A DNA stretch of 64,000 nt from an uncultured Actinomycetes bacterium (GCA_963841735.1 CAWJDT010000001.1:960001-1024000), one strand, 5' to 3'; counted from the stretch's first letter, positions 41,005-51,468 are shown. The notes: generated by a model from the sequence alone, not told the origin. Numbers and translations: made by a program.

Positions 41005-41961
41005 TCAGCCTCGGATCCGGAGCGCGCCTGGGACTACCTCCACAGAGAGCGGTAGCGAACCCAGGGGATCCCCGTCTACATCCAGCAGGTAGCGGCGCTC
41101 CGCATCCTCGTCGGCAAGCGACAGCTCAAGGCGATGGCAGGGGAAGTGATGCACGGTGCGCTCCTGCAGATGACGGCCCGAATAAATCTTGCGGATCTTG
41201 GCTGCCAAGTAGAATCCGTTGCGTTCGGTAACGGTGATGACGTCGAGTGTTCCGTCGTCGGGCGACGCCATCGGGGCGATGTCCATTCCGCCCCCAAACC
41301 ACCGGCCGTTGCATATGGCCACCAGATAAGCCGGTATCACCTGCTCGCGCGTTTCCCCCTGCCATGTGATGCGCGCGATGAGAGGCCTCTCTCTGCCCAC
41401 CAGCAGCGAACGTAAGGAAGCCAGGTAGTAGGCGGCGCGACCTCCCAAAAAGGCTGGGGCGGCGTCGACGTAGTGATCGACCAAACCTCCCAGTCCGGCG
41501 GAGATGACGTTGACGAAATGGCGTTGCGTCAGCTTGCCGTTTGGGCCTGCGAACGACGCTCGGCACACGTCGACGGTCCGCTCTCGTCCAGAGGCAAGAG
41601 CGGCGATACAGGCCTCCGCGCCAGGGCCGATGCCGAGACTGCGCCGGAAGTCTCCGCCTGTGCCCATGTTGATGAGTCCGACCGCCGGAGCAGGTTCACC
41701 AGTCTTTGGGACTGCTAGGACCCCGTCGACCACCTCGCTGAAAGTGCCGTCGCCTCCCACGGCCACAATGAGCGGGTGGCCTTGGAGGGCGCCCTCCAAG
41801 GCGAGCCGGCGCGCGTCGCCGCGCTGGGTGGTCTGACGAACGACTATCTCGCCCAAGCACCGCTCGGCTGAGGAGAGCGTGCGCGACAGGACACGGGCCC
41901 TGTCGCGCACGCCGCAGGCCGGGTTCACTACGAGCAGGGGTGGAACCAAGAGTGGAACCAA
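41005..41961 (-). CDS. Diacylglycerol/lipid kinase family (YegS-like)
   Basis: VVNP, GGDGTFSEV, GTGGDF, NGRWFGGG, DDG.LD, VDGD. Confidence 0.92.
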   Translation of the reverse strand: MVPLLVPPLLVVNPACGVRDRARVLSRTLSSAERCLGEIVVRQTTQRGDARRLALEGALQGHPLIVAVGGDGTFSEVVDGVLAVPKTGEPAPAVGLINMGTGGDFRRSLGIGPGAEACIAALASGRERTVDVCRASFAGPNGKLTQRHFVNVISAGLGGLVDHYVDAAPAFLGGRAAYYLASLRSLLVGRERPLIARITWQGETREQVIPAYLVAICNGRWFGGGMDIAPMASPDDGTLDVITVTERNGFYLAAKIRKIYSGRHLQERTVHHFPCHRLELSLADEDAERRYLLDVDGDPLGSLPLSVEVVPGALRIRG

Positions 41962-41964
41962 GGC

Positions 41965-43284
41965 CTAGGCCGGCTTGAGATCCGCATGCATCGCGTACAT
42001 CCACTCCAGGAACACTTCGCCGATGTCGGGCTTCTCCACTGAGTTGCCGGCTACCAGCGGGACGGAGCCGAGAAAGGTACCGTCGAGAGTGAAGTCCAGC
42101 ACCCCGAGCGAGTCTCCCACGTGTACCGGCATAGACACGCCACCAAGCAGGCGAGCCTGGGCTGTGACCACCTCTGTCGCGCCGAGGCGCGTGGTGAAGG
42201 CCTGTTGGCTCACCAGGCGGACCTTGCGGCCCGTGGGATCGGGCACGTCGAATTGAGCAACCAGTTCGCCGCTATCGACCAAGACCGTGGGAGGGAACTG
42301 GCTCATGCCGTAGTTGAGGAGGGCCTTGGTCTCCTTCCAGCGGGTGTCGTCGTCGGTCGCTCCCAGCAAGACGGCGATCAAGGACACACCATCGCGGGAG
42401 CCGGAGACCACCATGCAGTATCCGGCGTAGGGGGTGGATCCGGTCTTGACGCCGTTCACCCACGGGTACTCTTTCAAGAGGACGTTGCCATTCTTGTACT
42501 TGCGCACACCCTGATCCACGCCGGGGTAGGGCAATTCGTATTCGGGAGTGCTCACTATTCGCCGGAAAGTGGGGTCCCGCATGGCGTACTGGGCCATGAC
42601 CGCCAGGTCTCTGGCCGAGGAGTAGTGGTTCTCGAGATGCAGTCCGTTGGGATTGGCGAAGTGGGTGTTGGTGAGACCCATCTCCTCGGCCTTCTCGTTC
42701 ATCCTCTGGACGAAGGCCTGCACGCTGCCGCTGGTCTCCATGGCCAGAGTGAGCGCGACGTCGTTGCCGCTGGGCAGGAGCAGAGCGTACATGAGCTCTT
42801 CGACGGTGAGCACCTCCCCCCACATAAGACCGGCCAACGATCCCGCGGTGCCTGTGACGCTCTTGGGCACGATCACCTTCTCGTCTAGGTCCAGCGACTC
42901 CAGTACCAGGATCGAGGTCATTATCTTGGTGGTGGAGGCCATCGGCAGACGTTCGTCCGGCTGCTTCGAAAAGACAACTGTGCCTGTCTCGGAGTCGATG
43001 ACAATGGCAGCGGTGGCAGTCAGTTCCGGGGGTTCTTGCTCAGCTGCCGCAGCCGCGGAGCTGATTGTCTTGGGGGGGAATGTGGTGGCTGCGTAGGCGG
43101 GAGAGGCCCACTCAATCGCGAGCAGGCCGAGAGCGACAGCCGCGACGGCCATCACCAGCGCTACTAGGACGACGACGCGCGCGAGAACTACCCGGGCCGG
43201 CGATCGGCCGGTTTCGGCTGCGCTCCCCGCTGCGGGAGATCTCATGACCGCGCCATGTTGGTCCGTATCCTCACCGCTCCCCAT
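41965..43284 (-). CDS. D-alanyl-D-alanine carboxypeptidase (peptidase S11)
   Basis: STTK (SxxK), SGN (SxN), KTG motifs; NTHFANPNGL; N-terminal TM. Confidence 0.93.
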   Translation of the reverse strand: MGSGEDTDQHGAVMRSPAAGSAAETGRSPARVVLARVVVLVALVMAVAAVALGLLAIEWASPAYAATTFPPKTISSAAAAAEQEPPELTATAAIVIDSETGTVVFSKQPDERLPMASTTKIMTSILVLESLDLDEKVIVPKSVTGTAGSLAGLMWGEVLTVEELMYALLLPSGNDVALTLAMETSGSVQAFVQRMNEKAEEMGLTNTHFANPNGLHLENHYSSARDLAVMAQYAMRDPTFRRIVSTPEYELPYPGVDQGVRKYKNGNVLLKEYPWVNGVKTGSTPYAGYCMVVSGSRDGVSLIAVLLGATDDDTRWKETKALLNYGMSQFPPTVLVDSGELVAQFDVPDPTGRKVRLVSQQAFTTRLGATEVVTAQARLLGGVSMPVHVGDSLGVLDFTLDGTFLGSVPLVAGNSVEKPDIGEVFLEWMYAMHADLKPA

Positions 43285-43308
43285 GGTAGCGGTCGAGGAC
43301 CGCTTAGG

Positions 43309-43824
43309 CTACTGCAGAACGGCGGCCTTTTTGATGACAACAGGCACCACGGGTACGTCGGAGTGAGGGCCATGCGTACCGGTGGCCACTTTTGCCATGG
43401 AATCCACGACGTCGAGCCCCTCTACCACTTTGCCGAACACCGCGTATCCCCAACCGCGGGCGTCCTTGCTCGTGTGGTCAAGGAAGCCGTTGTCGGCGAG
43501 GTTGATGAAGAACTGGCTGGATGCGCTATGCGGTTCGGAGGTGCGGGCCATAGCCACCGTTCCCCGGGTGTTCTTGAGACCATTGTCGGCCTCGTTGACG
43601 ATGCTGGGGTTGGTCTCATTCTGATGCATGTCGGCTGTGAAGCCGCCGCCCTGGATCATGAACCCCGGTATCACTCGGTGGAAGATGGTGCCGTCGAAGT
43701 GACAGGACGAAACATATGCTAGGAAGTTGGAGCTTGAAACCGGGGCCTTTTCCATGTCCAGCTCCAGGGTGATGTCACCAAGCGAAGTAGTCAGCAGCAC
43801 TTTGGGATTTGCCGGAGTTTCCAT
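43309..43824 (-). CDS. ppiB: Cyclophilin-type peptidyl-prolyl isomerase
   Basis: [42 protein letters not shown]. Confidence 0.95.
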   Translation of the reverse strand: METPANPKVLLTTSLGDITLELDMEKAPVSSSNFLAYVSSCHFDGTIFHRVIPGFMIQGGGFTADMHQNETNPSIVNEADNGLKNTRGTVAMARTSEPHSASSQFFINLADNGFLDHTSKDARGWGYAVFGKVVEGLDVVDSMAKVATGTHGPHSDVPVVPVVIKKAAVLQ

Positions 43825-43988
43825 TTGCTTATTCTCCTTGCCCGATCCGTAGGAAGGCCGATGTGGGCCGATCGGTATTGCTTCTATCGAACACCTATGT
43901 TCGCACACCGAGACCGGCAATGTGCCGCTGCCGGGCGTAGTCTCTTGGTAGGATGCATACAGTGAGACCCCAGAGCGAGGAGTGGAAC

Positions 43989-44786
43989 ATGCAGGACATT
44001 CCCAACCTTGAGCCTGATTCGCTCCCCGAGCACGCGGCGCTCAATCGCGAGAGTTGGAACACCGATAGCGACACCTACCAGTCGGACCACGGACCGCAAT
44101 TGGCTGCCCCAAGAGGGCCCGGCTGGGGAGTGTGGCAGATCCCCGAGACCGAATTGCGGGTGCTGGGCGATGTGAAGGGGCTAGACATCCTGGAGTTCGG
44201 CTGTGGAGGGGCGCAGTGGTCTATAGCCCTGGCGAAGCAGGGCGCACGGCCGGTGGGGCTGGACCTGTCGGACAAGCAACTGGAGCATGCGCGGCGGCTC
44301 ATGGCCGAGGCCGGGGTCGATTTCCCCCTGGTGCATGCCAGCGGCGAGGCGGTCCCGCTGCCGGACGAGAGCTTCGATGTGGTGTTCTGTGACTATGGCG
44401 CCATGACGTTCGCCGACCCCTACGCAACCGTGGCGGAGGCGTCTCGTCTGCTGCGGCCCGGAGGACTCCTGGCGTTCTGCGGTGCCACTCCCCTGATCGA
44501 GATGTGCTACCCGGACGACAGCGACCATCCCGGCGACCAGCTGATTCTGGACTACTTCGGCATGTGGTCGCTCAGATACGAGGACTACGTCGAGTTCATG
44601 CTGCCCTATGGCGCGTGGATCCGTTTGTTCCGCTCCCATGGATTCATGATCGATGACCTCATCGAACTCCGCCCTGGCCCTGAGGCGACCAGCAGCTTCC
44701 GGGACGAATCCGACCGGGAGTGGTACCGGCGGTGGCCCGGGGAGCAGATCTGGAAGGTTCGTTTGGAGGCGGCCGGCGGGGCGTAG
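43989..44786 (+). CDS. Class I SAM-dependent methyltransferase
   Basis: [28 protein letters not shown]. Confidence 0.9.
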   Translation: MQDIPNLEPDSLPEHAALNRESWNTDSDTYQSDHGPQLAAPRGPGWGVWQIPETELRVLGDVKGLDILEFGCGGAQWSIALAKQGARPVGLDLSDKQLEHARRLMAEAGVDFPLVHASGEAVPLPDESFDVVFCDYGAMTFADPYATVAEASRLLRPGGLLAFCGATPLIEMCYPDDSDHPGDQLILDYFGMWSLRYEDYVEFMLPYGAWIRLFRSHGFMIDDLIELRPGPEATSSFRDESDREWYRRWPGEQIWKVRLEAAGGA

Positions 44787-44955
44787 GGGTCTCCCCGCGT
44801 CTTGAGCGCGAAGCCACACAGGTCGTTTGAACGGCCGCCTGCACGCGTCCCGGCATCCGCGGTTCCCGTCAGTCGGACTCAAGTGGTGCCGCAGGAGCGC
44901 CGATAACCCGTGCAGCGTGAACTGTCGTGTTCTCGGATTTGCGGGAGGAGAGTCT

Positions 44956-47031
44956 TTGTCATTGCGCCTAAAGACGTATTTGCTTGTGGGATCGGCTCTC
45001 TTGTTGGCTGCATTCGCCGTGTACATGGTCTCGCAGGCGATATTGGTGGGCCAGGGGCAGTGGACGAACGAAGTCCTACGGTATGCCGCCTCGCTCGTGG
45101 GCGTCATGTTGGCGCTCGGGGTGGCGATCTCGGTGATCATCGAGACCTCGCTCTTCCGAAGGCTCTCCCGTCGCGTCACGCAGGCTCAGGCTGCCGCGTG
45201 TGCGCAGAGCGCCACCTCGGCTGATGCCAAACTGCTAAGCGACGCCGGCGCCGATGAGGAAGAGCGCCTACAGGCGATATCCACGACCCTGAAGGAACTA
45301 CAGACGCGGCACACGGACCTCGAAACGGCATACTGTCAACTTCAGCAGCTACAAGAGGCCAGTGCGTCGCTCGGGGGCAGCCTCGATCTGACCGGCGCTC
45401 TCGGCCAACTGGAAGAAGTCGCCCTGGGCATCTTCGACGCCGACGAGGTCTGGCTACTCCGCCTCCAGGCCGACCAGCAGCAGCTGATGGGCCTGCGCGG
45501 GTTCTCAAACCACCCAGAGGGCTACATCAGGCTGCCTTCGATCTTCGGCTGTTGGGGATCGGAAGCGTCCATGTCCGTGGACGCCAGCAGCCTGCTGAAA
45601 AGCATCTTCCGCGGGGGTGGGCCCGTGTTCATCGAATCTATCACCGAGATCGGACGGCCCGAGCTCGAACGCTTGTTTGATGGCGTGGTGCCGGACCTGG
45701 GAAGCTTCCATTCTCTTGCCGTGATCCCGTTGCTGGCCGAAAATCATCCCGTCGGGGTGGCCGTAGCGGCCTCAGTCCTGCCGACGCGCTTCTCGGACGA
45801 TCGCAAGTCGACCATCCACCTTTTCGCGGGCCAGGTGGCTCATGCGCTGGAGAACAACCGTGTGTACGAGGAGATCAAGGCACTCGGCGAGATCGATTCT
45901 CTTAGCGGTCTACACAACCGGCGCCGAGCTCTTGAGCAACTGGATCTAGAGGTTGCGCGCGCCCGTCGGTACGAGGGGACTTTCTCGATTCTTCTGGTCG
46001 ATATCGATAACTTCAAGAACTTCAACGAAACCTGGGGTTACCCGGCGGGCGACGAGGTGATCAAGCGTGTAGCCGGCGTGTTGCACAGCCGCAACCGGAC
46101 CTCCGATTTCGTCGGCCGCTACGGGGGCGACGAGTTCATAATGGTCCTGCCCGCGACCGTGCGCACAGGGGCGGCCACGGTAGCCGACCACATGCGCTTG
46201 GCGCTTGGCTCGCAGCCCTATATGGCTCCCGACGGTTCGGCCATACCGCTGAGGCTGAGCTTTGGGGGTGCCTCATTCCCCGAGGATGGCCACGACGCGC
46301 AATCGCTCATCGCCATCGCCGACGCCAACCTGTATGAGTCGAAGCGCTGGGGTGGCGACACCGTCACGCTCCGCCGAGAGAATCTTGGCGGCGAGGTCAT
46401 CGACGCCACGGGTTTCAGCACGCTGGACGCGTTGGTCAGCGCCGTAGACAACAAGGACCGCTACACCCGCAATCACTCGGCCCACGTCGCTGAGTATGCG
46501 GGCATGATCGTTGAATCTCTCGGCTTCAGCAAGGACAAGCAGGAAACACTTCGGGTCGCCGCGCTGCTTCACGACGTAGGCAAGATAGGCCTGCCCGACC
46601 GGATCCTTCGCAAGCCCGGGCGGCTCACTCCCGAAGAGGAGGACGCAGTCAGACAGCATTCCCTGCTCGGCAGTCTGATGGTCTCCCAGCACCTAGCCGG
46701 CAATGACGAAGTGCGCGAGGCCGTGCTTCACCATCACGAGCGCTGGGACGGTTCGGGTTATCCCGCCCAGCTGACAGGCCGCAACATATCGATGCTGGGC
46801 CGCATCCTCGCCGTCGCCGACGCCTACTCCGCTATGACCACCGATCGTCCGTACCGGGCGGGCCTGCCGCTGGAAGTAGCCTTGGGCGAACTCACCCGGG
46901 GCAGCGGCAGCCAGTTTGATCCCGAAGTGGTGCGCGTCTTCCTGACCTGCTTCGACATCAAGCCGTCACAGCAGCCGGAGGCGCAGAGACGCGAAGGGAT
47001 CCGCGGCGTGGCGGTGGTCCTCAGCAGGTAA
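44956..47031 (+). CDS. Membrane-anchored GAF-GGDEF-HD-GYP c-di-GMP enzyme
   Basis: Two N-terminal TM segments, GAF-like region, DSLSGL.N, RTSD I-site with RYGGDEF, HDVGK, HHERWDGSGYP; TTG start after GGAGG. Confidence 0.92.
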   Translation: MSLRLKTYLLVGSALLLAAFAVYMVSQAILVGQGQWTNEVLRYAASLVGVMLALGVAISVIIETSLFRRLSRRVTQAQAAACAQSATSADAKLLSDAGADEEERLQAISTTLKELQTRHTDLETAYCQLQQLQEASASLGGSLDLTGALGQLEEVALGIFDADEVWLLRLQADQQQLMGLRGFSNHPEGYIRLPSIFGCWGSEASMSVDASSLLKSIFRGGGPVFIESITEIGRPELERLFDGVVPDLGSFHSLAVIPLLAENHPVGVAVAASVLPTRFSDDRKSTIHLFAGQVAHALENNRVYEEIKALGEIDSLSGLHNRRRALEQLDLEVARARRYEGTFSILLVDIDNFKNFNETWGYPAGDEVIKRVAGVLHSRNRTSDFVGRYGGDEFIMVLPATVRTGAATVADHMRLALGSQPYMAPDGSAIPLRLSFGGASFPEDGHDAQSLIAIADANLYESKRWGGDTVTLRRENLGGEVIDATGFSTLDALVSAVDNKDRYTRNHSAHVAEYAGMIVESLGFSKDKQETLRVAALLHDVGKIGLPDRILRKPGRLTPEEEDAVRQHSLLGSLMVSQHLAGNDEVREAVLHHHERWDGSGYPAQLTGRNISMLGRILAVADAYSAMTTDRPYRAGLPLEVALGELTRGSGSQFDPEVVRVFLTCFDIKPSQQPEAQRREGIRGVAVVLSR

Positions 47032-47048
47032 CACCTCCCCGCGGCCTT

Positions 47049-47074
47049 CCCGCGGCGGCGTATTCCGTCGCGGG
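47049..47074. terminator. GC-rich hairpin between convergent genes
   Basis: CCCGCGGCGG-cgtatt-CCGTCGCGGG. Confidence 0.5.
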
Positions 47075-47100
47075 GCGGGCTGTATGCCCTCGTCGCCCCT

Positions 47101-47673
47101 CTAGTAGGTCTCGGACCAGAGCTCGTAGTACGCCTGTGCGTGCTTGCAGGCCGGGCACTCGTCCGGAGCCTCGGTACCCTCGTGGATGTAGCCGCAGTTG
47201 CGGCAGTGCCACTTGACCACCGTGTCGCGCTTGAACACCCGGTCGTTCTTGACGTTGGCAAGGAGCTTGCGGTACCGGAGCTCGTGTTGCTCCTCCACCT
47301 CGGCGATCTCGGTGAACGAAGTGGCCACGTCGGCGAAGCCCTCTTCTGTGGCTGTCGCGGCGAAGGCGGGATAAAGTGTGCCCCACTCTTCCTTCTCCCC
47401 CTCGGCGGCCGCCAGAAGATTGTCGGCGGTCTCGGCCGTCTTGCCGGCGGGATACGTGGCGGTGATCTCGGCGGGCCCGCCTTCGAGGTAGTCGAAGAAG
47501 ATCTGGGCGTGCTCTCGCTCGTTCTCGGCCGTCTCGAGGAAGATGGCGCTGATCTGCTCCAGCCCCTCCTTCTTGGCTACGCTTGCGAAGAAGGTATAGC
47601 GGTTGCGGGCCTGGCTTTCGCCGGCAAACGCTTTTAGCAGGTTCTGTTCGGTCTTCGTCCCTTTGATGCCCAT
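47101..47673 (-). CDS. rbr: Rubrerythrin
   Basis: AFAGESQARNRY, ENEREHA, EEQHE..Y, C-terminal CRNCGY..CPAC.H. Confidence 0.97.
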   Translation of the reverse strand: MGIKGTKTEQNLLKAFAGESQARNRYTFFASVAKKEGLEQISAIFLETAENEREHAQIFFDYLEGGPAEITATYPAGKTAETADNLLAAAEGEKEEWGTLYPAFAATATEEGFADVATSFTEIAEVEEQHELRYRKLLANVKNDRVFKRDTVVKWHCRNCGYIHEGTEAPDECPACKHAQAYYELWSETY

Positions 47674-47773
47674 CGTCTGCGGACTCTCCTTTCGATCAAG
47701 TTCGGCGGGTGGTCTATTCCCACAACGGCTGGTGTCCAATCCGGCACCCGACCCTAGTGCCGCCCGTAGTTTT

Positions 47774-47818
47774 GCTTATGGCCAGCTTATGCCACAATTG
47801 CCACAATCGTAGCCACGT
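47774..47818 (+). promoter_or_regulatory. Direct-repeat cluster upstream of the CotH operon (candidate response-regulator site)
   Basis: GCTTATG at 47774 and 47785 (11-bp period), then GCCACAAT at 47791 and 47800 and GCCAC at 47812. Confidence 0.4.
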
Positions 47819-47866
47819 GCATGTTAGACCATGTCGATCGTCCGGTTGGGCGGCAAGGATGCGCGA

Positions 47867-49648
47867 ATGCGTGCGACTCGCCTCGGTAGAGTGGGCCTTC
47901 TCTTGGCTCTAGGCGCCGTGCTGGTCTCGTCCGTCCTGGCGGGTGGGTGTGGGTCGACCGAGACCGTGGGTGCGGAACAGGGCTCCGCGGGCTTAGCCGA
48001 AGACTACGAAGCCATCATGGCCGACCGCTACAGCGAGCTGTTTCCCGATGACAAGGTGCAGACGGTGCGCATAATCATGGACGACGCCGACTGGAAGGAC
48101 ATGCAGGCCGATATCCGGTCGAAGGAGTACTTCAAGGCGGACATCTGGATCGACGACGAACTGGTGCAGGACGTCGCAGTGCGTACCAAAGGGAGCAGTT
48201 CCCTGATGTTCGCTGACTCCGCGGGTGGTTTCCGGGCCGGACTCAAGGTGGACTTCAACTTCTTCAACGCGGCGCGGTCGTATCACGGCATCACTAAGCT
48301 GGCGTACAACAACGGCTTCAGCGACCCTACTCTAATGAAGGAGTTCCTGGGCTATGAGCTCATGGCTCTTATGGGCCTGCCGACTCCGCGCGCCTGCTTT
48401 GTGGACGTCTGGGTGAACGGTTTCCATGTGGGGGTCTACACGCAGGTGGAGGCAGTCGATGGCCGGTTCATCGCCGAGAACTTTGCCGATGCCAATGGCA
48501 ACCTGTACAAACCAGAGATCAAGGCCGGGGCGCTCGACTGGACCGAAGCCGATGTGGCAGGCGAGACTAAGTCCGCCGCCGCGGGGAGCAGTACGACTAC
48601 CACCACGGCGTCGTTCAACATCGGTGGGGGAGATTTTGCGGAGATCATCGACCGGCTGGGCGAAGACGCCGGTTGGATACCTGGCTGGACCAGCGCGTCC
48701 GAGGAGGTGGGGACCTCCGCGGGTGGGGCCGGGCCTGCCCAGGCCGGCGGCTTTCCGGGCGGCGCAGGCGGTTTCATGGACTTCGACAGCGACTTGCTGA
48801 CATCGATGGGTCTGAGGAGCAACGAGAACTCTCCCGACTACTCCGGGTTGTACGAGCTGCTTGGGGTGCTCAACTCCGACCCTGGCCAGGTCTCCAAGGC
48901 TGATCTCGAGCGCGTCCTGGAGGTGGACGAAGTCCTGCGGTTCCTGGCCTTATCGGTGGCCCTGGTGCACCTGGACAACTACATGGGCATGGGACACAAC
49001 TACTATCTCTACGAGGACGGCGGCCGCTTCCGGATAATCCCGTGGGATCTGAACATGTCGTTCGGGGGCTTTCCTTCCGGGCTGAGCAAAGAGCAGATCC
49101 TTGGCTACTACATCGACGAACCGACTGCGGCCGCAGTGGATGAGTACCCTCTGGTCGAGCAGCTCATAGACGAGCCGGAGTACTTGGCCACCTACCGCGG
49201 GTATCTGGAGCAGCTGATAGAAGGGCCTTTCTCGGTGGAGAGGATGACTGCCCGCATCAACGAGATCGCGGATCTCATCCGGCCCTACGTCGAGAAAGAC
49301 GACAACGGCTTTTACACCATCGCCGAATTCGAGCAGGGCCTCACACAGGATCTGTCGAGCACCAAGGCAAACATGGGCGCCATGGGGGGATCGTTCATAG
49401 GGCTCACCTACTTCGTGCAGCAGCGGGTCGCCTCCATTGCGGCGCAGTTGAGCGGAGAGACGCCGGCGAGCAACGGTGACGGCAGCGGCAACGGCGGCGC
49501 AAAAGGTTTGGCCGGCCTCATGGGTCGTGGCCAAAAGCCGAGCGGAATCATTGGGGCCGTCGTAGGTGGAGGCGGCGCGCCGCCCGGCGGCGCGACCGGT
49601 CCTGGTGGCGGCGTTCCCCCGGCTGGGGCTGCCCCTGAAGGTCCGTGA
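47867..49648 (+). CDS. CotH kinase family lipoprotein
   Basis: Lipobox-like LAGGC; VRTKGSSS, LKVDFN, DPTLMKEFLGY, GVYTQVE, LYKP, DNY..GHNYYLY, IPWDLNMSFG; Gly/Pro tail. Confidence 0.9.
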   Translation: MRATRLGRVGLLLALGAVLVSSVLAGGCGSTETVGAEQGSAGLAEDYEAIMADRYSELFPDDKVQTVRIIMDDADWKDMQADIRSKEYFKADIWIDDELVQDVAVRTKGSSSLMFADSAGGFRAGLKVDFNFFNAARSYHGITKLAYNNGFSDPTLMKEFLGYELMALMGLPTPRACFVDVWVNGFHVGVYTQVEAVDGRFIAENFADANGNLYKPEIKAGALDWTEADVAGETKSAAAGSSTTTTTASFNIGGGDFAEIIDRLGEDAGWIPGWTSASEEVGTSAGGAGPAQAGGFPGGAGGFMDFDSDLLTSMGLRSNENSPDYSGLYELLGVLNSDPGQVSKADLERVLEVDEVLRFLALSVALVHLDNYMGMGHNYYLYEDGGRFRIIPWDLNMSFGGFPSGLSKEQILGYYIDEPTAAAVDEYPLVEQLIDEPEYLATYRGYLEQLIEGPFSVERMTARINEIADLIRPYVEKDDNGFYTIAEFEQGLTQDLSSTKANMGAMGGSFIGLTYFVQQRVASIAAQLSGETPASNGDGSGNGGAKGLAGLMGRGQKPSGIIGAVVGGGGAPPGGATGPGGGVPPAGAAPEGP

Positions 49649-51468
49649 GGTTCTCGCTGCCCCGGCCCCTGCCCGGGCCCCGGCACCGGCCCCCGGGCAG
49701 GGCCGAGCGGCGGCCTTGGTGGGCGATCGCCGGCCTGGCCGCGATCGCCGCGCTAGCGCTAGCGCTCTACACCTGGTCGCTATCCCGGAACGGGATGGCC
49801 AACAGCTACTATGCCGCCGCGGTCAAGAGCGCGAGCCTCAGCTGGAAGGCCTTCCTGTTCGGGTCGCTGGACCCGGGGTCTTTCATCACCGTGGACAAGC
49901 CGCCCGCGGCCATATGGATCATGGCTCTATCGGCGCGGGTCTTCGGCTTCTCCAGTTGGAGTATGCTGGTGCCCCAGGCTCTAGCCGGAGTGGCTTCGGT
50001 TCTGGTGCTGCACCGGCTGGTGCGCCGCTGGGCCGGCGAGATAGCGGGTCTCCTTGCTGCGTTGGCCTTCGCTCTTACTCCGGTCGCCGTGGTGATCTTC
50101 CGCTACAACAACCCGGACGCCCTTCTGACTCTTCTGCTCCTGCTGGCAGCCTGGGGGGTGTGGTCGGCGGTGGAGTCGGGTTCTACCTGCAAGCTCGCCT
50201 TGGCCGGTGTGGCGCTGGGCTTCGCCTTTTTGACCAAGATGCTCATGGCTTTCATGGTGCTTCCGGCTTTCACGGTTGTCTACCTGCTCTTTGGGCCGCC
50301 ACGGCTGAGCCGGCGGGTCGTGCAACTGGCGGCTGCCCTAGGGGCGATGCTGGTTTCGGGCGGATGGTGGCTCCTGGTGGTTGGACTCATGCCGGAGGCC
50401 GGCCGCCCCTATGTGGGCGGCACCACCGGCAACTCTTGGCTGGAGCTCGTCACCAGTCGCACAGGTGGGTACCTATCCACGGCCGCGCAAACTGCCCAGT
50501 CGAGCGGTGATCCGGGTTGGCTGAGGGTCTTCAACAACCTGCTCGGGGGACAGGCGGCATGGTTTGTCCCAGTGGCGCTGGCCGGATTGGTGGCCGGTCT
50601 CGGGCTCAGCCGCCGGGCGGCGCGGACCGACAGGGTTCGGGCAGGCTACGTGCTCTGGGGGCTGTGGACGTTGGTCATGATGTTGGTCTTCAGTTACGTC
50701 CAGGGTACCTTCCACTCTTACTACACCGTGGTGCTTGCGCCCGGGGTGGCGGCGCTTGCGGGCGCGGGCAGCGTGGAACTCTGGCGTATCGGCCGCAAGA
50801 CAAAGAGATTGTGCTGGTTGCTCCCGGCGGTGATAGCGGGCGCGGCGGTGTGGTCGGGGCTACTCCTGATGAGGGTCTCGGGCTACGCACCGGGGCTCGC
50901 TCTGGCTGTCATCGTGACGGGCGGCGTAGCCTCTCTTATCCTTCTCGCGGTGGCTCTGTGGCCCGCTCGCCTTCGGGCCCGGCGGGGTCTGCTCCTTGGC
51001 GCCGTGGTTGTGGGTGCAGCTGCCCTTCTTGCCGGTCCCCTGGCCTTTGACGTGAGCACGGCGCAAAGAATCATCAATGGCAACGACGTCAAGGCTGGAC
51101 CGATAACGCGCGAGTCGCTCGGCGGCAGCGTTGACGATCTGACGATCGACGAGGGACTGGTTGCTTACTTGCAGGAGCGCCAGGCGGGGGCCAGATACCT
51201 TGTAGCAGTGCAGACCACCACGGCATCTGTGCCGCTGATCCTTGCCACGGGCGAACCCGTGGTCACCATCGGCGGCTATAAGGGCCGGGATCCCGTCCCC
51301 ACAGTGGCGCAACTGGAGCGCATGGTCGCCACGGGCGAACTACGCTATGCCCTCCTCAGGGATACCGGGGACGCGGTCACTGCGTGGATCGTGGAACGCG
51401 GCACCGTCGTCCCGACCACGGAGTACGATGGCAATTCGATCGACGGGACGCTGTACTGCCTGCCCTGA
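49645..51468 (+). CDS. GT-C fold glycosyltransferase (GT39/ArnT/YkcB-like)
   Basis: ANSYYAAAV.S..SWKAF.FGS.D..FITVDKPP, FRYNNPD, F.TKML, FHSYY, TGEPV..IGGY.G.DP; about 13 TM segments; GTGA overlap with the CotH gene. Confidence 0.9.
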   Translation: MRFSLPRPLPGPRHRPPGRAERRPWWAIAGLAAIAALALALYTWSLSRNGMANSYYAAAVKSASLSWKAFLFGSLDPGSFITVDKPPAAIWIMALSARVFGFSSWSMLVPQALAGVASVLVLHRLVRRWAGEIAGLLAALAFALTPVAVVIFRYNNPDALLTLLLLLAAWGVWSAVESGSTCKLALAGVALGFAFLTKMLMAFMVLPAFTVVYLLFGPPRLSRRVVQLAAALGAMLVSGGWWLLVVGLMPEAGRPYVGGTTGNSWLELVTSRTGGYLSTAAQTAQSSGDPGWLRVFNNLLGGQAAWFVPVALAGLVAGLGLSRRAARTDRVRAGYVLWGLWTLVMMLVFSYVQGTFHSYYTVVLAPGVAALAGAGSVELWRIGRKTKRLCWLLPAVIAGAAVWSGLLLMRVSGYAPGLALAVIVTGGVASLILLAVALWPARLRARRGLLLGAVVVGAAALLAGPLAFDVSTAQRIINGNDVKAGPITRESLGGSVDDLTIDEGLVAYLQERQAGARYLVAVQTTTASVPLILATGEPVVTIGGYKGRDPVPTVAQLERMVATGELRYALLRDTGDAVTAWIVERGTVVPTTEYDGNSIDGTLYCLP

